The position numbers were made by a program, and so were the translations under genes. This document shows, piece after piece, positions 60,421 to 64,000 of a DNA stretch of 64,000 nucleotides. The stretch lies in NCBI GenBank assembly GCA_011364965.1, contig RDOB01000004.1:197003-261002 (forward strand), in the 5' to 3' direction. A model generated the notes under the pieces. That model saw only the letters and a list, made by a program, of their open reading frames with translations, had not been told where the DNA came from and did not search any database. This DNA comes from Candidatus Heimdallarchaeota archaeon. Lineage in GTDB: Archaea > Asgardarchaeota > Heimdallarchaeia > Hodarchaeales > Hodarchaeaceae. The stretch's first letter is position 1. The number at the start of each line of letters is the position of its first letter.

Positions 60421-60565
60421 TCGATGAAAAGAAGACCTTTCTGCCATTTATTCGCCTCTTTCATGCTTATTCTGTCGTTTCTTCGACTTCAATCGGTCTT
60501 TATATCTTCTCATTGGTTTTTGTTCTGTGTGCGCTCCCTATTCTCGCTTTCTCTTGGTACCTTTT

Positions 60566-61317
60566 TTATGTTTTTGGTCTATAGATGGTGTATTCTTCCC
60601 GCTATGTTTCATCTTTTACGTAGAAGTCCTCATTGTATTCTACTGTGCTCTTTTTATCTGTCCACACTTCCAGATCTGCCGCGTATTCTTTTTTTGGTGC
60701 TGGTAGGACGGCCTGCTTGATGTAACTTGTCTCCAATGTTGCTATGAGCGGGTGATTCCTTGGGATTGTTCCCTCTCTTTTCGTATCTATATACTGTATA
60801 TTCGGACACTCCAATAATGGCGTTTAATCCACTTTTTCTATTGGATTTCCTCCTATACTTAACAATTCCAATTTTCTGCAGTTTCTAAGTGGATTTAAAT
60901 CTACTGATGTTATGTAGTTATTCTTAATATATACCTGGGTTAATTTTGACCAATATTTCACCCATTCGAGATCGATTTCTGTCAATATATTAACATCTAG
61001 TACCAACGTGTGCAGAGGTTTACAATTTTTCAGTACATGGGTGTTGAATGCTTTTAATTCGTTTACACTTAAGGAGAATACCCGTATCGCTTCACATTTC
61101 TCTAAGCTTTCATTGTTTTGAATCTCTTAACGCCCGCATATATAATTTCTATTGCGCTTAGTTCTGGGTAAGTTTCCAACGGCTTTATTTCTAGTATTGG
61201 ATATTGTGTATATGGCGAGTCGCCCCCGTTATAGATTACAATTCGCGGCCAGTGTGTGAAGTGCCTCAAGCACTCTACATCTGTTTCGAGTAATAGTCTG
61301 ATCTTTAACCGATCCAT
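60566..61317 (-). pseudogene. Leucine-rich repeat gene copy B (paralog of 48013-48753), inactivated
   Basis: Colinear with copy A (YNGGDSPYTQYP, TSYIKQ, PAPK, KDET, RPKT*) but with a 1-nt deletion near 61128, TTA>TAA at 60824-60826 and TGG>TAG at 60602-60604. Confidence 0.9.
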
Positions 61318-61566
61318 CAAGACGGAAATCTGTCCCATTTTAGGATGAGATGCCAAAGATACTTACAAATTCACCCTCAATGATATAAAACAACCACAAT
61401 AAATTGTTGCCAATAAGTAAAAATTCCAAATATTTTTCTAAAAGCATATTGGAATCTAGACTCATGCTGATGACTGTTATATTAATATTAAAGCTCTCAA
61501 TCTAATCAAATCTATAATACAATTGCGAGTAAATAGGTTTTAAAGCTCTTATTGAAATAAAAGGAA

Positions 61567-62616
61567 GTGGTGGAATTCTTGAATGAAGAACAACAGAAAC
61601 ACGATTTTTTAACACGAACTACAAAATATGGCCGGAAGGGTTACTTAGTCGCAATCTTTCTCTTAACAGGGCTCAGTAATCTTATTTTCTTCATTCATCA
61701 TCAAGTAGTTGGTTTAGCTCCTGGTTGGACATGGGAGCAAGAGATTTTTCAACAAATTTTCATTCTCATTGTCAACTCTTTGGTGGTTTTATTCACTGAT
61801 TTATCATCTGACATGAGTTTCAATCTATTTAAGAAATTAGAAGAAGAGCAAGTTATTCCACGAGAAAATGTGGAACAGATTAATGGTTTTTTATGGGATA
61901 AAAAAGTCTATGCTATTACTATAATTATTTTTCTCATCTCTGTTCTATTTGGATTAATGAATATTATTATGGGTTTTGAACCTCTAGAATATGTGTTCAG
62001 TTTAGAGTTTCTTGCTGCTTTGATTGGTCAACCTGTTTTCGCCTTAATCTTTTCCGAATTAATCTGGATCATTTTCTCTACCACTGTTACAATACTTCTA
62101 CTTCCTTTCAGAAACTGGAAAGTGTCTCTTAATGTTTTTAGTGGAGACAAAGCTGGGGGAATACATTCTATCTCGACCTATTTATTACGAATATCCTTAA
62201 TGATAACATTATTATGTACTACTTATTTATACTGGGTATTAGGACCAGCCACTTCAATATATCCCCTTGAATGGCGGATTGTAGCACTATTCGGGGTGCT
62301 CTCTCTTCCATTGTTGTATTTTATAGTGCCAACGATAGGATTAAATCGAATTATGAAGAAAGAGAAGAATACTGTTCTACGTGAGCTCTCAGTAAGGCTG
62401 AATCACGCTTATTCGACTCTCACAACTGATTCCTCTAAGATAGATTCAACGATACTTGAACAGGTACAATTGGTAGAGCTCTTACATACTAAAGCTACCC
62501 AGATGAGGGAATGGCCATTCAGTCTTTCAGGATTGAGGAATTTACTTACCTCTTTTATTCTCCCTATAGGTTTATTTTTCCTTACTAACCTTCAAGACAT
62601 TTTATCCTTGTTTTAG
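61567..62616 (+). CDS. Hypothetical multi-pass membrane protein
   Basis: About 7 hydrophobic segments; DKAGG and EWPF motifs. Confidence 0.75.
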   Translation: MVEFLNEEQQKHDFLTRTTKYGRKGYLVAIFLLTGLSNLIFFIHHQVVGLAPGWTWEQEIFQQIFILIVNSLVVLFTDLSSDMSFNLFKKLEEEQVIPRENVEQINGFLWDKKVYAITIIIFLISVLFGLMNIIMGFEPLEYVFSLEFLAALIGQPVFALIFSELIWIIFSTTVTILLLPFRNWKVSLNVFSGDKAGGIHSISTYLLRISLMITLLCTTYLYWVLGPATSIYPLEWRIVALFGVLSLPLLYFIVPTIGLNRIMKKEKNTVLRELSVRLNHAYSTLTTDSSKIDSTILEQVQLVELLHTKATQMREWPFSLSGLRNLLTSFILPIGLFFLTNLQDILSLF

Positions 62617-62885
62617 TTACAATGACGTTAATTCCTCCTTCTTGGAGCTAGCTTATTCAAACGCGTGAATAAAGTGAAAATATTGCTGATAGTGCATTTA
62701 GAGAACTCCTGAAGGTCGAAATAGTAAAAGCAAGAGAGATCTCTTTAGTACAAAATCCAACAGAGCCCTTTTCTAAGACTTGTTTAAATTCAAACCAGCA
62801 TATGTGATATTGTTTTAGTAAGAATACTTATCATTAAAGTTCCACAATTATACAATTAAATTTTAAGCTTCTCGGATGTTAAAGA

Positions 62886-63668
62886 TTAGGAATTTTCTTC
62901 ACGCAAATTGATATCAAACCACTTAAATACTCCCATGAGGGTAGTGATTTCGCGGCCAGTGACATATCCCCGCGATAGTATATTAGAAAATGCCTGCAGT
63001 GCCACATGCTGTTTTTCCATATGATAAGAAGTTGTTTCAAGGAGTTTCTGGAAGTAATTCTCCAAAGTTACCCTTTCATGATGTGTAGCGAGCCGATGTT
63101 TTGTAGAATGCTCCTGGGATTCACTGATATACTCTACCTGCTTCTTGAATAAAGAATATAGAATGATGGTGGCAGCATGGGAAAGATTCATTACGGGATA
63201 GAGAGGAGAAGTGGGAATGGATAAAAGAACATCACAGAGCTCTATTTCTGCATTGGATAATCCAAACTGCTCTCTACCAAACACAATAGCAACTTTAGAG
63301 GCATAAAATTCCTCTAGCTGGAGTTGATCTGGAGGAAGGGCAACTCGTGATAGTTTATAATCCCCCCCAGTACGAGCTGAAGTTCCAATGAGTAATTGAT
63401 GTTGTTCACGAATTGCGCTAAATTCTGGGACGATTTGCGCCCGATGTACTAGATTTATGGCCTTACGAGCAACTATTTCGATTTCAGGATCCGCAAGATT
63501 AACTTGAGGATTCACTAAAACGAGATTTGTGTATCCAAAATTTAACATAACACGTGCGATACTTCCCAAGTTCTGTGGTTTGCTAGGTTCAACCATTACT
63601 ACTGAGAAGGAGGATATATCCGAAAAAAAGGAAGAAGAGTCATTAGAGGAAGGAGGAGGCACAATCAA
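62886..63668 (-). CDS. TrmJ/LasT family SPOUT RNA methyltransferase
   Basis: VEPSKPQNLGSIARVMLNFG, GTSAR, VFGREQFGL, YPVMNLSHA. Confidence 0.92.
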   Translation of the reverse strand: MIVPPPSSNDSSSFFSDISSFSVVMVEPSKPQNLGSIARVMLNFGYTNLVLVNPQVNLADPEIEIVARKAINLVHRAQIVPEFSAIREQHQLLIGTSARTGGDYKLSRVALPPDQLQLEEFYASKVAIVFGREQFGLSNAEIELCDVLLSIPTSPLYPVMNLSHAATIILYSLFKKQVEYISESQEHSTKHRLATHHERVTLENYFQKLLETTSYHMEKQHVALQAFSNILSRGYVTGREITTLMGVFKWFDINLREENS

Positions 63669-64000
63669 TCACCTGAACATTCATAAGGACAGCAATGCAA
63701 TTCACAATTTTAATCGATCTCCTCCCCTTCGTGTAGTCTCTTCTATAAACTAATACTTAATGTCTAATAAAAAAGATAAATATCTTTTCATTTTCATCAC
63801 CAGTTCCTTAAGTGACTCTTTTACGCTTATACCACCAAAAATACCCGCCAAGTAGACCAAGCAGGCCAAGACTGCCACTAACCACCAGTAATGGGAAAAA
63901 AAGCTCTATTCCAGAAGAAAGACCATGTCCCAGTACTCCAACCCACCCTAAAGTGACAGTTCCAGCAATAATTTCTTTATCAGCTGACCCTAAGACATCC

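Noticed and set aside
60566-61317. Stop-codon readthrough or recoding of LRR copy B
   Set aside because: A frameshift plus two different stop codons (TAA, TAG) indicates decay
48013-61317. DGR template/variable repeat pair between the LRR copies
   Set aside because: Differences are spread over the whole gene, are not adenine-specific, and no reverse transcriptase is present
63727-64000. Hydrophobic minus-strand frames at the window end
   Set aside because: Possibly a frameshifted membrane gene, but truncated by the window edge and not identifiable

Overview
AT-rich archaeal chromosomal window, most likely from an Asgard archaeon (Heimdallarchaeia-like; inferred from an Arf-family GTPase, a Roadblock-like protein, a presenilin, a eukaryote-like Top3 and several LRR genes among archaeal core genes). 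It contains a replication cluster (cdc6/orc1-gins23-mcm-hel308 with an intein), a ribosome-biogenesis cluster (nop2-nip7, RNase P RNA, rli1, tsr3), ribosomal protein genes (L24e, S28e, L7Ae, L37e, L40e), a near-complete archaeal (Aeropyrum-type) mevalonate operon, glmS, aRF1, pyrH, rtcA, thiL and trmJ. Features missing from the ORF track that I read directly from the DNA: the RNase P RNA; rpl40e; four tRNA genes, two with three BHB introns each (Phe-GAA, Glu-TTC) and one with a T-loop intron (Gly-TCC); and several pseudogenes. The most unusual observations are: (i) a perfect 86-bp INVERTED copy of the 3' part of tRNA-Gly(TCC), intron included, enclosing a 2.4-kb cargo segment that could flip while always leaving an intact tRNA; (ii) the same LRR gene sitting just upstream of two different tRNA-Gly genes; (iii) a decayed phosphomevalonate-kinase-like remnant inside the archaeal-type mevalonate operon, suggesting pathway replacement. 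Family assignments come from motif recognition, not from database searches.
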